From contig OY763326.1 in assembly GCA_963667285.1 (NCBI GenBank), positions 4,152,030 to 4,216,029 on the forward strand: DNA of 64,000 bases. Reading direction: 5' to 3'. A program made the translations under genes and the position numbers. This DNA is from Alphaproteobacteria bacterium (GTDB taxonomy: Bacteria; Pseudomonadota; Alphaproteobacteria; MPNO01). Below are positions 22,322 to 33,915 of this stretch, one piece after another (within the stretch, counting starts at the first letter, position 1; each line of letters opens with the position of its first letter). The notes beneath the pieces were generated by a model that made no database searches, had not been told where the DNA came from, and saw nothing but the letters and a program-made list of their open reading frames with translations.

Positions 22322-23296
22322 ATGGCAATGCCAGACTTCACCATGCGCCAGCTGCTTGAGGCGGGGGTTCATTTCGGCCACCACACCAAGCGCTGGAACC
22401 CCAAGATGGCGCCCTACATCTTCGGCGTCAGGAACGGCATCCACATCATCGACCTGCAGCAGACCATGCCGATGCTGTATGCCGCGCTGGCCGCGATCCG
22501 CGAAATCACCGCGGCCCGCGGGCGTATCCTGTTCGTCGGCACCAAGCGCCAGGCGAGCGAGCTGGTCGCCGCTGCGGCCGGGCGCTGCGGCCAGTATTTC
22601 GTGAACCACCGCTGGCTCGGCGGGACGCTCACCAACTGGAAGACCATCACCGCATCCATCCAGCGGCTGCGCGACCTCGACGAAACGCTGGAGACCGAGG
22701 AGAGCGGGCTGACCAAGAAGGAGCTGCTGGGCCGGACGCGCGAGCGGGAGAAGCTGCAACGCGCGCTCGGCGGCATCAAGGAGATGGGCGGGCTTCCCGA
22801 TGCCCTGTTCGTGATCGACACCAACAAGGAGTCGATCGCGATCAAGGAAGCGAAGAAGCTCAACATACCGGTCGTGGGGGTGATCGACAGCAATTCCGAC
22901 CCGGACGACATCTCCTTCGCGATTCCGGGCAACGACGATGCGATTCGCTCGATCGCGCTCTATTGCGATCTCGTGTCCCGGGCGGTGCTGGACGGGTTGC
23001 AACAGGAGGCGATCGCCAGCGGAAGCGACATCGGCGAATCCGAGGAGGCGCCCGTGGAGGACCTTCCCGAGGGGGCCGACGCCGCGAGCGAAGCAGGGAC
23101 CCCCGACGCCCCTTCCGGGGATGTGGCCGATCCCGCGCCGGAAGCGGCTGCGGAAGCGACGGCCGATCCCGCGTCTGAAGCGGCCGCGGAAGCGACGGCC
23201 GATCCCGCGTCTGAAGCGGCTGCGGAAGCCACCGCCGATCCCGCTCCCGAAGCGGCCGCGGACGACGCAGCCGAGAGCAAGCCCGGCGGCGAGTAA
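22322..23296 (+). CDS. rpsB: 30S ribosomal protein S2 with acidic repetitive C-terminal tail
   Basis: [30 protein letters not shown]. Confidence 0.98.
   Translation: MAMPDFTMRQLLEAGVHFGHHTKRWNPKMAPYIFGVRNGIHIIDLQQTMPMLYAALAAIREITAARGRILFVGTKRQASELVAAAAGRCGQYFVNHRWLGGTLTNWKTITASIQRLRDLDETLETEESGLTKKELLGRTREREKLQRALGGIKEMGGLPDALFVIDTNKESIAIKEAKKLNIPVVGVIDSNSDPDDISFAIPGNDDAIRSIALYCDLVSRAVLDGLQQEAIASGSDIGESEEAPVEDLPEGADAASEAGTPDAPSGDVADPAPEAAAEATADPASEAAAEATADPASEAAAEATADPAPEAAADDAAESKPGGE
23125..23268 (+). repeat. 4 x 36-bp in-frame tandem repeat (ADPA[P/S]EAAAEAT)
   Basis: Units ggccgatcccgcg[cc/tc]ngaagcggcygcggaagcgac start at 23125, 23161, 23197, 23233. Confidence 0.95.
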
Positions 23297-23360
23297 CGCC
23301 TGCCAGGCACAGCTTGACACGGGGGCCCACCCGGGGTCCCCGACAACCGACGAGGACAGC

Positions 23361-24281
23361 ATGGCGCAGATTACGGCGAGCCTGGTCAAGGCCCTGCGGG
23401 ACAAGACCGGCGCCGGCATGATGGATTGCAAGAAGGCGCTGACCGAAACCGGCGGCGAGATCGACGACGCGGTCGACTGGCTGCGCAAGAACGGTCTGGC
23501 CGCCGCGGCCAAGAAGGCGGGGCGGGTCGCTGCCGAGGGACTCGTGGCGGTAGCCACCGAAGGCACCGAAGGCGCGGTGGTCGAGATAAACGCGGAGACC
23601 GACTTCGTCGGGCGCAACGCGGACTTCCAGGCCTTCGTCCAGGAGGTGGCGAAGATCGCGCTGCGGACCGGGGATTCCGTCGAGGCGCTGGGCGAGGCCC
23701 CGATGGGGGAGGAGACGGTGGCGACCCGGCTCACCGACCTGATCGCCAAGATCGGCGAGAACATGTCGCTCAGGCGCGTCGAGCGGCTTTCGGTCGCGAA
23801 CGGGGCGATCGGCAGCTACGTGCACAACAGCGTCGCACCCGGGCTGGGGCGCATCGCCGTGCTGGTCGGGCTCGAATCCGCCGGCACTTCGGAGCGCCTC
23901 GACGGGCTTGCGCGCCACCTCGCGATGCATGTCGCGGCGGCGAGCCCCCAATGGACCGCGATCGACGGCATCGACCCGGCCGCGCTGGAGCGCGAGCGCG
24001 CCGTGCTGTCCGAACAGGCCCGCGCCAGCGGTCGCCCGGAGAACATCGTCGAGAAGATGGTCGAGGGACGGCTCAGGAAGTTTTACGAAGACACCGTGCT
24101 GCTCGAACAAACCTTTGTCATCGACGGTGAGTCGAAGGTATCCAAAGCGGTGGAAGCGGTCGCCGGGGAAATCGGTACCCCGGTCGCCGTGACCGGTTTC
24201 CGGCGCTTCGTCCTGGGCGAGGGGATCGAGAAAAAGGAAGAGGACTTCGCCGCCGAGGTCGCCGCGACCGTTGGTGGGTGA
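23361..24281 (+). CDS. tsf: Elongation factor Ts
   Basis: [25 protein letters not shown]. Confidence 0.98.
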   Translation: MAQITASLVKALRDKTGAGMMDCKKALTETGGEIDDAVDWLRKNGLAAAAKKAGRVAAEGLVAVATEGTEGAVVEINAETDFVGRNADFQAFVQEVAKIALRTGDSVEALGEAPMGEETVATRLTDLIAKIGENMSLRRVERLSVANGAIGSYVHNSVAPGLGRIAVLVGLESAGTSERLDGLARHLAMHVAAASPQWTAIDGIDPAALERERAVLSEQARASGRPENIVEKMVEGRLRKFYEDTVLLEQTFVIDGESKVSKAVEAVAGEIGTPVAVTGFRRFVLGEGIEKKEEDFAAEVAATVGG

Positions 24282-24311
24282 GGGCGCGCGCCAAGCGCGG
24301 GAATCCGGTCC

Positions 24312-25025
24312 GTGACCTATCGGCGCATACTGCTCAAGCTGTCCGGCGAGGCCCTCATGGGCCCCGGGCAGTACGGGCTCGATTCCGCCACGGTCGAGCG
24401 CATCGCGCAGGAGATCCGCTCGGTCGCGCGGCTCGGCGTCCAGCTTTGCGTCGTCATCGGCGGCGGAAACATATTTCGCGGCGTCTCCGGCGCCGCGCTC
24501 GACATGGAACAGGCCACGGCCGACTATATCGGCATGCTGGCCACGGTCATGAACGCGCTTGCCCTCCAGGGCGTGCTCGAACGGCACGATGTCCACACCC
24601 GGGTGCTGTCGGCGATCCGCATGGAGTCGGTGTGCGAGCCCTATATCCGGAGGCGGGCGATCCGCCATATGGAGAAGGGCCGGGTGGTGATCTGCGCCGC
24701 CGGTACCGGCAACCCCTTCTTCACCACCGATACCGCGGCCGCGCTCAGGGCGAGCGAGATGGGGTGCGACGCGCTGTTCAAGGGCACCCAGGTGGATGGG
24801 GTATACTCGGCCGATCCCAAGCTGCATCGCGACGCGGTGCGCTATGACCGGCTGGGCTATCTGGAGGTTCTGTCGCGCGACCTGAAGGTGATGGATGCAT
24901 CGGCGGTATCCCTGGCACGCGAAAACAAGATACCAATTCTGGTATTCTCCCTTCAGACTTCGGGGGCGTTTGCAGATATCGTGGGCGGCGGAGGAACCTA
25001 CACTCTAATCGCCGAAGGGGGCTGA
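24312..25025 (+). CDS. pyrH: UMP kinase
   Basis: [25 protein letters not shown]. Confidence 0.98.
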   Translation: MTYRRILLKLSGEALMGPGQYGLDSATVERIAQEIRSVARLGVQLCVVIGGGNIFRGVSGAALDMEQATADYIGMLATVMNALALQGVLERHDVHTRVLSAIRMESVCEPYIRRRAIRHMEKGRVVICAAGTGNPFFTTDTAAALRASEMGCDALFKGTQVDGVYSADPKLHRDAVRYDRLGYLEVLSRDLKVMDASAVSLARENKIPILVFSLQTSGAFADIVGGGGTYTLIAEGG

Positions 25026-25029
25026 GACC

Positions 25030-25587
25030 GTGGCGGACCCTGAAATTGCCGATATCGAAAGGCGCATGAACGGCGCCGTCGAGGCGTTGCGGCGCGAATG
25101 CGCAGGGCTGAGGACCGGCCGCGCATCGGCCGCCCTGCTCGAGCCGCTGACCGTCGAGGCCTATGGCAACAAGATGCCGATCAACCAGGTCGGAACCATC
25201 GGCGTCCCCGATCCGCGCATGCTCACCGTCCAGGTCTGGGACCAGGGCCAGGTCGGCGCGGTCGAGCGGGCGATCCGGGATTCGGGGCTCGGGCTGAACC
25301 CGCAGACCGAGGGCAATCTTGTCCGGGTGCCGATCCCGCAGCTCACGGAGGAACGCCGCGTGGAGCTCACCAAGGTCGCGAACAAGTACGCGGAACAGGC
25401 CCGGGTGGCGGTGCGCAATGTGAGGCGCGACGGCATCGAGCGGTTCCGCAAGAAGGAAAAGGAAGGCGAGATCTCGCAGGACGAGCAGCGCGCCTGGTCG
25501 GCCGAAATCCAGCAACTCACCGATGCGACCATCGCAACGATCGACGAAGCCCTGTCGGCCAAGGAGACCGAGATTCTTCAGGTCTGA
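25030..25587 (+). CDS. frr: Ribosome recycling factor
   Basis: [26 protein letters not shown]. Confidence 0.97.
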   Translation: MADPEIADIERRMNGAVEALRRECAGLRTGRASAALLEPLTVEAYGNKMPINQVGTIGVPDPRMLTVQVWDQGQVGAVERAIRDSGLGLNPQTEGNLVRVPIPQLTEERRVELTKVANKYAEQARVAVRNVRRDGIERFRKKEKEGEISQDEQRAWSAEIQQLTDATIATIDEALSAKETEILQV

Positions 25588-25592
25588 AATCC

Positions 25593-26327
25593 ATGGAGCC
25601 CGTGCTTGCATATCCCGACGAAGTGGCGCCGACCCATGTCGCCGTGATCATGGACGGCAACGGTCGCTGGGCGGAGGCGCGGCAGATGAACCGCGCGGTC
25701 GGGCATCGGCAGGGGGCCGAAGCGGCCATGGAGGCGGTCAGGAGCGCGGTCGAGCTCGGTGTCTCCTACCTCACCCTGTACGGGTTCTCGAGCGAGAACT
25801 GGAACCGTCCGGCGCACGAGATCGACGAGCTGATGGAGCTGCTCCGGCGCTACCTCCGCGAGAAGGTGGAAGAACTCGACCGGCAGGGCGTCAGGATCCT
25901 CTTCATCGGGGATCGCGCCCGGCTCGCCGGAGATATCGTCGCCCTTGCCGAAACCGCGGAACGGCGCACGCGCGGCAACACCCGGCTGACGCTGGTGCTC
26001 GCGGTCAGCTATAGCGGGCGGCAGGAGATCGCCCGCGCCGCCCGCAGTCTCGCCCGGAAGGCGGCCGCGGGAGACATGGACCCGGAGACGATCGACGAGG
26101 CGACGCTGGCCGGCGAATTGTTCACGGCGAACATTCCCGATCCCGACCTGGTGATCCGCACCAGCGGGGAACAGCGCATCAGCAACTTTCTGCTGTGGCA
26201 GAGCGCCTATGCCGAGCTGGTGTTCGTCGACACGTTGTGGCCGGATTTTTCGCGCGAAGACTTCATTTCCGCGGTGCGCGAATTCCAGCGGCGCGAGCGC
26301 CGGTTCGGAACGACCTGTGTCGGCTAG
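25593..26327 (+). CDS. uppS: Undecaprenyl diphosphate synthase
   Basis: IMDGNGRWA, FSSENWNRP, IRTSGEQRISNFLLWQ. Confidence 0.97.
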   Translation: MEPVLAYPDEVAPTHVAVIMDGNGRWAEARQMNRAVGHRQGAEAAMEAVRSAVELGVSYLTLYGFSSENWNRPAHEIDELMELLRRYLREKVEELDRQGVRILFIGDRARLAGDIVALAETAERRTRGNTRLTLVLAVSYSGRQEIARAARSLARKAAAGDMDPETIDEATLAGELFTANIPDPDLVIRTSGEQRISNFLLWQSAYAELVFVDTLWPDFSREDFISAVREFQRRERRFGTTCVG

Positions 26328-27135
26328 CGCGGAGAATTCGAAGCTTGCCAAGCGTGTTCTGTCGGCCGTGGTACTGGGGCCGGTCGTATTGGCGGCGTTG
26401 TACATGGGCTCGCCGTTTCTCGAGCTGGTCGTTACCGCCGCGGCCGTGGCGATGGCGTGGGAGTGGGACCGGCTGTGCGGCGAGCGGCGCTTCGGGCTGA
26501 GCGGCTGGGCGGCGGTCCTCGGCCTCGCGGTGGCCGGCGTGGCCGCGTGGAGCGGGCGCTACGACGCGGCCGCTCTTGCGCTGCTCCTCGGAACGCTGGC
26601 CGCCTACGCGGCCGCCGCGGCAGCGCGCCGCAGCCATCCGGCCTGGATCTCGGCCGCGCCGATCGTGATCGGCGTTCCCTGCGCGGCGCTGCTATGGCTC
26701 CGCAGCCAGCCGATGGACGGCTTCGAGACCGCGCTGTGGCTGATCGGCGCCGTGTGGGCGACGGATATCGCCGCGTTCGCCATCGGCCGGCTGGTCGGCG
26801 GCACGCGGCTCGCACCGCGGATCAGCCCGCGCAAGACATGGGCCGGGCTGTTGGGCGGGGTTGCGGTGGCCGCGCTCTGGGGGCTGCTGTTCGCCGTCTG
26901 GGCGGGCGCGAAGACGCCGTGGCTGCTCTGTGTTCTCGGCGCCTGCGCGGCGGTCGTCGCCCAGGCGGGAGATCTCGGCATATCCTTCGTCAAGCGGCGC
27001 TTCGGCGCGAAGGATGCGAGCAACCTGATCCCCGGCCATGGCGGCGTGCTCGACCGGCTCGACGGCATGCTGACCGCGGCGCCCGCGCTGGTCGCGCTGG
27101 TTCTGGTCAGCGATGCGGGAATTCTCGCATGGTAG
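26317..27135 (+). CDS. cdsA: Phosphatidate cytidylyltransferase
   Basis: WATDIAAF, ISPRKTW, KDASNLIPGHGGVLDRLD; GTG start inferred. Confidence 0.93.
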   Translation: MSASAENSKLAKRVLSAVVLGPVVLAALYMGSPFLELVVTAAAVAMAWEWDRLCGERRFGLSGWAAVLGLAVAGVAAWSGRYDAAALALLLGTLAAYAAAAAARRSHPAWISAAPIVIGVPCAALLWLRSQPMDGFETALWLIGAVWATDIAAFAIGRLVGGTRLAPRISPRKTWAGLLGGVAVAALWGLLFAVWAGAKTPWLLCVLGACAAVVAQAGDLGISFVKRRFGAKDASNLIPGHGGVLDRLDGMLTAAPALVALVLVSDAGILAW

Positions 27136-28307
27136 CCGCCGGGGCGCCCCGCACGGTGACGGTTCTGGGCTCCACCGGGTCCGTCGGTTGCAGCACGATC
27201 GACCTGATCGCGCGCGAGCCGGAGCGCTTCGAAGTCGCGGCGGTCACCGCCAACACCAACGCCGGGCTTCTCGCCGATCAGGCGCGCCGGGTCGGCGCCG
27301 GCTTCGCCGCCATCGCCGATCCCGCGCAATACCGCGCCCTGTCGGACGCGCTCGGGGATAGCGGGATCGAGTGCGCAGCCGGAGCCGGGGCCATTGTCGA
27401 GGCGGCGGAGAGGCCGGCGGAGTGGGTGATGGCCGGCATCGTCGGAGCCGCCGGGCTCGCACCCACCCTCGCCGCCGTCCGGCGGGGAGCGATCGTCGCC
27501 CTGGCCAACAAGGAATGCCTGGTCTGCGCCGGCTCGCTGTTCATCCGTGAGGTCGCGGCGAGCGGCGCGACCCTGCTTCCCGTCGACTCGGAGCACAATG
27601 CGATCTACCAGGTGTTCGCCTCCAGGGCTCCGGAGACGGTCGAAAGGATCATCCTGACCGCTTCGGGCGGACCTTTCCGAACCGCATCCATGGAACGGAT
27701 CGCGAGCGCCACCCCGGAGCAGGCCGTGGCGCATCCGAACTGGGACATGGGCGCCAAGATCTCGGTCGATTCGGCGACCATGATGAACAAGGGGCTGGAG
27801 CTGATAGAGGCTCATCACCTGTTCGGCCTGCCCGGCGAGCGGATCGAGATCGTGGTCCACCCGCAGTCGATCGTCCATTCGATGGTCGCCTATATCGACG
27901 GATCGGTGCTGGCCCAGCTCGGCACCCCCGATATGCGCATCCCGATCTCCTACGCCCTTGCCTGGCCGCACCGGATGGGTACGCCAAGCGAACGGCTCGA
28001 CCTGTGCGCGATCGCCCGGCTGGACTTCGAGGCGCCCGATCCGGTGCGCTTCCCGGCACTCCGCCTGGCGCGCGACGCGCTCGGCGCCGGGGGCGCCGCG
28101 CCCACGGTGCTCAACGCCGCCAACGAGGAAGCGGTGGGGCAATTCCTGGCCGGACGGATCGGCTTTCTCGAAATCGCCCGCATCGTCGAGACGGTGCTGG
28201 AAGAGATGGCGGGGGTCGGGATATCCACCCTCGATGACGTGCGCGAGGCCGACCGGGCGGCGCGCGTCCACGCCCGCGCGGCGCAGGCCGCGCCGGCCGG
28301 CGGATAG
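27129..28307 (+). CDS. dxr: 1-deoxy-D-xylulose 5-phosphate reductoisomerase
   Basis: LGSTGSVG, LANKE, PVDSEH, TASGGPF, HPNWDMG. Confidence 0.97.
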   Translation: MVAAGAPRTVTVLGSTGSVGCSTIDLIAREPERFEVAAVTANTNAGLLADQARRVGAGFAAIADPAQYRALSDALGDSGIECAAGAGAIVEAAERPAEWVMAGIVGAAGLAPTLAAVRRGAIVALANKECLVCAGSLFIREVAASGATLLPVDSEHNAIYQVFASRAPETVERIILTASGGPFRTASMERIASATPEQAVAHPNWDMGAKISVDSATMMNKGLELIEAHHLFGLPGERIEIVVHPQSIVHSMVAYIDGSVLAQLGTPDMRIPISYALAWPHRMGTPSERLDLCAIARLDFEAPDPVRFPALRLARDALGAGGAAPTVLNAANEEAVGQFLAGRIGFLEIARIVETVLEEMAGVGISTLDDVREADRAARVHARAAQAAPAGG

Positions 28308-28315
28308 GAAGGCGT

Positions 28316-29488
28316 ATGGAATTGTTCGGCGGCGTCGCGGATACGGTCGTTTCCCTCCTGGTCTTCCTGCAGGACTACGCGATCCCCTTTCTGATAGCGA
28401 TCACCGTGCTCGTGTTCGTCCACGAAATGGGACACTATTTGGTCGCGCGCTGGTGCGGCGTCCGGGTCGAGGTGTTCTCGGTCGGCTTCGGCCGGGAGAT
28501 CTGGGGCCGGACGGATGCCCGGGGAACCCGCTGGAAGTTGAGCTGGATCCCGGTCGGGGGCTACGTCAAGATGTTCGGCGAGATGCTTCCGCCGGCCGGA
28601 GACCGGGCGGCCGAGCCGGGGCAGAGCTCCGCGGAAGAGCGGGTTTCGTTCCACACCAAGGCGCTGTGGCGCCGCGCCGCGATCGTGTTCGCCGGTCCGT
28701 TCGCCAATTTTCTGTTCGCGGTGGTGCTGATGGCGGGCATTTTCGCGACGGTCGGCGAGTTGTCGACCCCGTCCAACATCACCGCGGTGGTGGAAGGAAG
28801 CGCGGCGGAGCGTGCCGGGTTCAAGCCGGGCGACGTGATCCGGCGCATCGAAGGCACCGAGATCGACCGTTTCGAGCAGGTCGCCCGCATCGTCCGCATG
28901 TCGGCGGGTATCCCGCTGGAGATCGAGGTCGAGCGGGAGGGGCGGCTGATCGCGCTGGTCGCCGTGCCCGACGAGGTGCGGCAGGGCGAAGGTCCCGGCG
29001 CGTCCCAGAAAATGGGCCGGCTGGGGGTTTCCCGAAGCGGCGGCGGGGTCACGGTGATACGCCACGATCCGGGCGAGGCGGTGCTGCGCGGCATCGCCGA
29101 GACGTTCCGCATCATCGGAGAGATCTTCCGGGCGATCGGACAGATGCTGTCGGGCGCCCGGGACGCCAGCGATCTGGGCGGGCCGCTTCGAATCGCCCAG
29201 ATCTCGGGCGATGTCTGGCAGGCCGGGTTGCTCAGCATGGTGGCCTTCGTCGCCACGCTGTCGATCAATCTGGGCCTGATCAACCTGTTCCCCATCCCGC
29301 TGCTGGATGGCGGTCATCTGATGTTCTATGCGATCGAGGCCGTGACCGGACGGCCGCCCGGCGAACGGGCGCGGGAATACGGCTACCGCATGGGAATCGC
29401 CATGTTGCTGGGGCTTATGGTATTCGTGACATGGAATGACCTGCTGCAGCTGCGGGTCTTCGACTTCTTTGTGGGTCTGGTAACCTGA
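28316..29488 (+). CDS. rseP: RIP metalloprotease RseP
   Basis: HEMGH, PDZ domain, NLFPIPLLDGGH. Confidence 0.96.
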   Translation: MELFGGVADTVVSLLVFLQDYAIPFLIAITVLVFVHEMGHYLVARWCGVRVEVFSVGFGREIWGRTDARGTRWKLSWIPVGGYVKMFGEMLPPAGDRAAEPGQSSAEERVSFHTKALWRRAAIVFAGPFANFLFAVVLMAGIFATVGELSTPSNITAVVEGSAAERAGFKPGDVIRRIEGTEIDRFEQVARIVRMSAGIPLEIEVEREGRLIALVAVPDEVRQGEGPGASQKMGRLGVSRSGGGVTVIRHDPGEAVLRGIAETFRIIGEIFRAIGQMLSGARDASDLGGPLRIAQISGDVWQAGLLSMVAFVATLSINLGLINLFPIPLLDGGHLMFYAIEAVTGRPPGERAREYGYRMGIAMLLGLMVFVTWNDLLQLRVFDFFVGLVT

Positions 29489-29495
29489 AGCAAGC

Positions 29496-31799
29496 GTGAG
29501 GCGAGGCGTGGTGTGTTTTTTCAAGCGGTCTCCTGCGCGGGTCGGGGCGCTCGCAGCGTTCCTCGCGATGCTGGCGTTCTCCGACATGGCCCGGGCGCAG
29601 GACGCTCGCGAGCCGGTGAGCGCGATACGGGTCGAGGGTACCGAGCGGATCGAGCCCGAAACCGTCCGTTCCTATATGACGTTCAGGGCCGGCGCCACGA
29701 TCACCGAGGCCGATCTCGACGAGTCGCTCAAGCGCCTGTTCGAGACCGGGCTGTTCGCCGACGTCTCGGTGCGGCGCGAAGACAACGCGGTCGTGGTCCG
29801 GGTCGTCGAGAACCCGATCATCAACCGGATCGCGTTCGAGGGAAATCTGCGCATCGACGATGAGATCCTGCGCGATGAAATCACCCTCCGGCCGCGCGTC
29901 GTCTACACCCGGTCCCGGGTCCAGGCCGATCTGCTTCGAATTATCGAGATCTATCGGAGCAGCGGACGGTTCGCGGCCCGGGTGGTGCCGAAGGTGGTGC
30001 AGCTGCCGCAGAACCGGGTGAATCTGATCTTCGAGATCCATGAAGGCAGCCCCACCGATGTCCGCCGGATCACCTTCATCGGCAATACCCGGTTCAGCGA
30101 CGGCGAGCTGAGAGAAGCCATCCAGACCAGGGAGTCCGGGTTCTTCAGCTTTTTCAGCGGCGGCGACCTCTACGACCCCGATCGGCTGGCATTCGACAGG
30201 GAGCTGCTGCGCCGGAAATACCTGAACGCCGGCTATGCGGACTTCCGCGTCGTCTCCGCGGTCGCCGAGCTCACGCCCGACCAGGACGCCTTCTTCATCA
30301 CCTTCACCGTGGAAGAGGGCCAGCGCTACAGATTCGGCAAGATCGGGGTAACCAGCGGGCTGCGCGACCTCGACGTGTCGCAGCTGGCGGAGGTGGTGAG
30401 GATCGCCGAGGAAGACCCGTACAGCGCGGAAGACATCGAAGACGCGACAACCGCCCTCACCGAGGCCGCGGGTCGTGCCGGCTATGCCTTCATCGCGGTC
30501 AAGCCCGAGACAAAGCGCGATCGGGAAAGCCGGCGCATCGACGTCAGCTTCGAAATCGAGGAGGGACCGCGAGTCTTCGTCGAGCGAATCGTCATTCGCG
30601 GCAACCTGCGCACCGAAGATCGGGTGATCCGGCGCGAGTTCCGCCTGGTGGAGGGCGACGCGTTCAACAGCGACTACATCCGCCTCGCGCGCCGCAACCT
30701 CCTCAATCTCGGCTTTTTCGAGGAGGTCGAGATCAAGAACGTCCGCGGATCCGCGCCCGACCGGACGGTGATCGAGGTCACCGTCAAGGAACGGGCCACC
30801 GGAGAGGTGTCGTTCGGCGGCGGCTATTCCACCGCGGTCGGGGCCGTGGCGGACATCGTGCTGCGCGAGAGAAACCTGCTCGGCAAGGGTCAGGATGCGC
30901 GGATACGCGCCCAGCTCGCCCAAAGAGAGCAGCAGCTCGAGCTCAACTTCACCGAGCCCTATTTCCTCGACCGCAAGCTGTCCGCCGGGTTCGATGTCTT
31001 CAGCACGGCGCGCGACTACCAGGAACAAAGCTCGTTCGATCAGGAGACGGTGGGATTTTCGCTGCGCATGGCATACCCGCTGGCCCAGGACTTGAGACAG
31101 CGCTGGCGGTACACGCTCCGGCGGGACAATATCACCGCCATTCCGGACAACGCCGCGCGGGTGATCGCCGAACAGGAGGGCGCGGCCGTGCTCTCGTCCG
31201 TCGGCCACGCCGTGGTCTATGACTCGAGAGACAGCCGCTTCTCGCCGCGCGAGGGAATCCTTGCCAGCATCGACCACGACCTGGCCGGGATCGGCGGGCA
31301 GGTAAGGTTCGTGAAGACCGAGGTGAGGGGATCCCTTTTCGTCCCGATCACCGACAGCCTGACCGGCAGCGCCACCCTGGGCAGCGGCTATGTCCACGGG
31401 CTCGGCGAAGACATACGAATTCTCGACCGGTTTTTCCTGGGCAGCGACGAGGTCCGGGGCTTCGCACTTTCCGGCGCCAGCCCGCGCGATCTGCAAACCG
31501 GCGATGCGGTCGGCGGGAACTGGTATTATGCGGGGTCTTTCGGGCTGTCCTTCCCGCTCGGACTGCCGAACGACGCCGGGATACGCGGCCGTACCTTCGT
31601 GGATTACGGGAGCAGCGGCCTCACGGAGGGCAAGGACGCAGGCATCGCCGCGGATACCGGTATACGGGCGGCAGGCGGCGTGGGCTTGACTTGGGCGTCG
31701 GTGCTGGGGCCGATGAATATCGACTTCGCGTGGCCCATCCGCAAGGAAGAGCACGACGAGACCCAGCTTGTCCGTTTCAGCTTCGGAACGAGGTTCTAG
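29496..31799 (+). CDS. bamA: Outer membrane protein assembly factor BamA
   Basis: POTRA repeats, VRGF, C-terminal FSFGTRF; start uncertain. Confidence 0.96.
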   Translation: MRRGVVCFFKRSPARVGALAAFLAMLAFSDMARAQDAREPVSAIRVEGTERIEPETVRSYMTFRAGATITEADLDESLKRLFETGLFADVSVRREDNAVVVRVVENPIINRIAFEGNLRIDDEILRDEITLRPRVVYTRSRVQADLLRIIEIYRSSGRFAARVVPKVVQLPQNRVNLIFEIHEGSPTDVRRITFIGNTRFSDGELREAIQTRESGFFSFFSGGDLYDPDRLAFDRELLRRKYLNAGYADFRVVSAVAELTPDQDAFFITFTVEEGQRYRFGKIGVTSGLRDLDVSQLAEVVRIAEEDPYSAEDIEDATTALTEAAGRAGYAFIAVKPETKRDRESRRIDVSFEIEEGPRVFVERIVIRGNLRTEDRVIRREFRLVEGDAFNSDYIRLARRNLLNLGFFEEVEIKNVRGSAPDRTVIEVTVKERATGEVSFGGGYSTAVGAVADIVLRERNLLGKGQDARIRAQLAQREQQLELNFTEPYFLDRKLSAGFDVFSTARDYQEQSSFDQETVGFSLRMAYPLAQDLRQRWRYTLRRDNITAIPDNAARVIAEQEGAAVLSSVGHAVVYDSRDSRFSPREGILASIDHDLAGIGGQVRFVKTEVRGSLFVPITDSLTGSATLGSGYVHGLGEDIRILDRFFLGSDEVRGFALSGASPRDLQTGDAVGGNWYYAGSFGLSFPLGLPNDAGIRGRTFVDYGSSGLTEGKDAGIAADTGIRAAGGVGLTWASVLGPMNIDFAWPIRKEEHDETQLVRFSFGTRF

Positions 31800-31805
31800 C
31801 AGCGC

Positions 31806-32408
31806 ATGCCATCCACGGCGCCCCTCCATCGCCCCTTGCTGTCCGCCGCATTGGCGATCGGCATCCTTGCGGGAACGGCGCAGACAACCGCGATCGCCCA
31901 GGACGAGCTCCCGTCCATCGGCGTCGTCGACGTGCAGATGATCCTCCGCAACTCCAAGGCTTCCAAGAGCGTCAGGCCGCAAGTCGAGAAGCTCCGCAAG
32001 GATTACCAGGACTCGGTCAGAGAACGCGAAGCCGAGCTGCGGAAGGCCAGCCAGGAGCTGCAACGCCAGCGCGCAATTCTTTCCCCGCAAGCTTTCGCAA
32101 AGAGACGCGGGGCGTACGAGGAGCGGGCCCGCAAGGCACAGGTCGACTTTCAGAATCGCAAGCGCCGGCTCGACGACGCCTACAGTACCGCCATGCGCGC
32201 GGTCCATCGGTCCATGGTGATTGCCGCGGCCAAGATCGCCGAAGAGCGCGAGTTCGACGTGGTTCTGCCCAAATCCCTCGTCCTGCTCGCCGACCAGAAG
32301 CTCGATATCACGACCGAGGTGCTGCGCCGCGTGGACGAAACCTTGCCTTCGATCAAGGTGAGCGTGAAGAAACACCCGGACCGAACGGCGCCGGCGCCGA
32401 ACAACTGA
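31806..32408 (+). CDS. skp: OmpH/Skp periplasmic chaperone
   Basis: Signal peptide, IGVVDVQ, coiled coil, DITTEVL; between bamA and lpxD. Confidence 0.88.
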   Translation: MPSTAPLHRPLLSAALAIGILAGTAQTTAIAQDELPSIGVVDVQMILRNSKASKSVRPQVEKLRKDYQDSVREREAELRKASQELQRQRAILSPQAFAKRRGAYEERARKAQVDFQNRKRRLDDAYSTAMRAVHRSMVIAAAKIAEEREFDVVLPKSLVLLADQKLDITTEVLRRVDETLPSIKVSVKKHPDRTAPAPNN

Positions 32409-32410
32409 GA

Positions 32411-33433
32411 ATGGCGGATCCCCGCTTTTTCGACCGCGCCGGCCCGTTTTCGCTCTCCAGGCTCGCCAAACTCGCCGATGCCACGCTGGGCGACACTGCC
32501 GACCCGGACAGCGAGATCGTCGACGTGGGGCCGCTCCACATGGCGGGTGCGGGGGAGATCAGCTTTTTCGACAACCGGCGCTATGGCGACAGCCTGGCCG
32601 CCAGCGCGGCCGGCGCCTGCCTGATCCGCGGCGCCGATGCCGGCATGGCGCCGGACGGCATGGCTCTGCTGGTGACCGAGACGCCCTATCTTGCCTACGC
32701 CCGGGTAAGCCGGGCGTTCTATCCCGTCCCGCCGGTCGAGCCCGGGATCGCGGCGACAGCCGCGATCGATCCCACGGCCGCGATCGGAACGGGGTGCCGG
32801 ATCGAGCCCCTCGCCGTGATCGGAGCCCGGGCATCCATCGGGCCGCGCTGCCATATCGGACCGCACGCGGTGATCGGGCAGGGGGTGTCGATCGGCGAGG
32901 ATGTCCGCATCGGCGCGGGGTGCAGCCTCGCTCATTGCATCGTCGGTTCCCGGGTGCGCCTGCTCGCCGGCGTTCGCATCGGCGAGCAGGGGTTCGGTTT
33001 CGCGACCGACCGGGACGCCGGCGACCATGTCGACATTCCGCAGATCGGGCGGGTGCTGATCGAGGACGATGTCGAAATCGGCGCCAACTCCACGATCGAC
33101 CGCGGCGCCGGCCCCGATACCGTTATCGGCCGCGGAACCAGGATTGATAACCTGGTGCAGATCGGCCACAATGTCGTTCTCGGTCGCGGCTGCATTGTTG
33201 TTGCCCAGGCCGGCATATCCGGGAGCACCACTCTTGGCGATTTCGCCGTCGTCGCCGCCCAGGGCGGTGTCGCCGGACATCTCAGGATCGGCGCCGGCGC
33301 GAGGATTGCCGCCAAGGCAGGGGTGATGCGCGATGTCGCGGATGGGGAAACCGTCGCGGGCGCCCCGGCGGTGCCCATCAAGGAATTTTTTCGCCGCGTC
33401 GCCACCTTGAGACGGCTGTCGGAACGAAAATAG
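32411..33433 (+). CDS. lpxD: UDP-3-O-acylglucosamine N-acyltransferase
   Basis: MADPRFF, hexapeptide repeats, [19 protein letters not shown]. Confidence 0.96.
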   Translation: MADPRFFDRAGPFSLSRLAKLADATLGDTADPDSEIVDVGPLHMAGAGEISFFDNRRYGDSLAASAAGACLIRGADAGMAPDGMALLVTETPYLAYARVSRAFYPVPPVEPGIAATAAIDPTAAIGTGCRIEPLAVIGARASIGPRCHIGPHAVIGQGVSIGEDVRIGAGCSLAHCIVGSRVRLLAGVRIGEQGFGFATDRDAGDHVDIPQIGRVLIEDDVEIGANSTIDRGAGPDTVIGRGTRIDNLVQIGHNVVLGRGCIVVAQAGISGSTTLGDFAVVAAQGGVAGHLRIGAGARIAAKAGVMRDVADGETVAGAPAVPIKEFFRRVATLRRLSERK

Positions 33434-33442
33434 CCACAGCCA

Positions 33443-33910
33443 ATGGATACTCTGGACACCGAAGCACCGATCACCGATCTCGCCATCGAGCGGGTCATGG
33501 AAATGATCCCGCACCGATACCCGTTTCTGATGATCGACCGGGTATTGGAGCTCGTCCCCGACAAGCGGGCGACCGGCCTCAAGAACGTTTCGATCAACGA
33601 AGCGCATTTTCAGGGCCATTTCGAGGGCGAAAAGGTGATGCCGGGGGTGCTGCTGATCGAAGCGATGGCGCAGACGGCGGCGGTGCTCGTCGTGCACACC
33701 CTGGGACCCGAGTCCGAAGGCAAGCTGGTCTATTTCATGTCGGTCGAAAGCGCCCGCTTCCGCAGGCCCGTGGTGCCGGGCGATGCGGTCCGGGTCGAAG
33801 TGGAGAAGCTGCGCAACCGCGGCAATGTCTGGAAGTTCGGCGGCAGGGCCGTGGTCGAGGGGGTGGTGGTGGCCGAAGCGACCTACACGGCGATGATTCG
33901 GGACAGCTAG
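33443..33910 (+). CDS. fabZ: 3-hydroxyacyl-ACP dehydratase
   Basis: IPHRYPFLMIDR, FQGHF, MPGVLLIEAMAQ. Confidence 0.97.
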   Translation: MDTLDTEAPITDLAIERVMEMIPHRYPFLMIDRVLELVPDKRATGLKNVSINEAHFQGHFEGEKVMPGVLLIEAMAQTAAVLVVHTLGPESEGKLVYFMSVESARFRRPVVPGDAVRVEVEKLRNRGNVWKFGGRAVVEGVVVAEATYTAMIRDS

Positions 33911-33915
33911 GCTCC

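Noticed and set aside
23125-23268. 36-bp repeats as a CRISPR array
   Set aside because: No spacers, in frame within rpsB, no cas genes.
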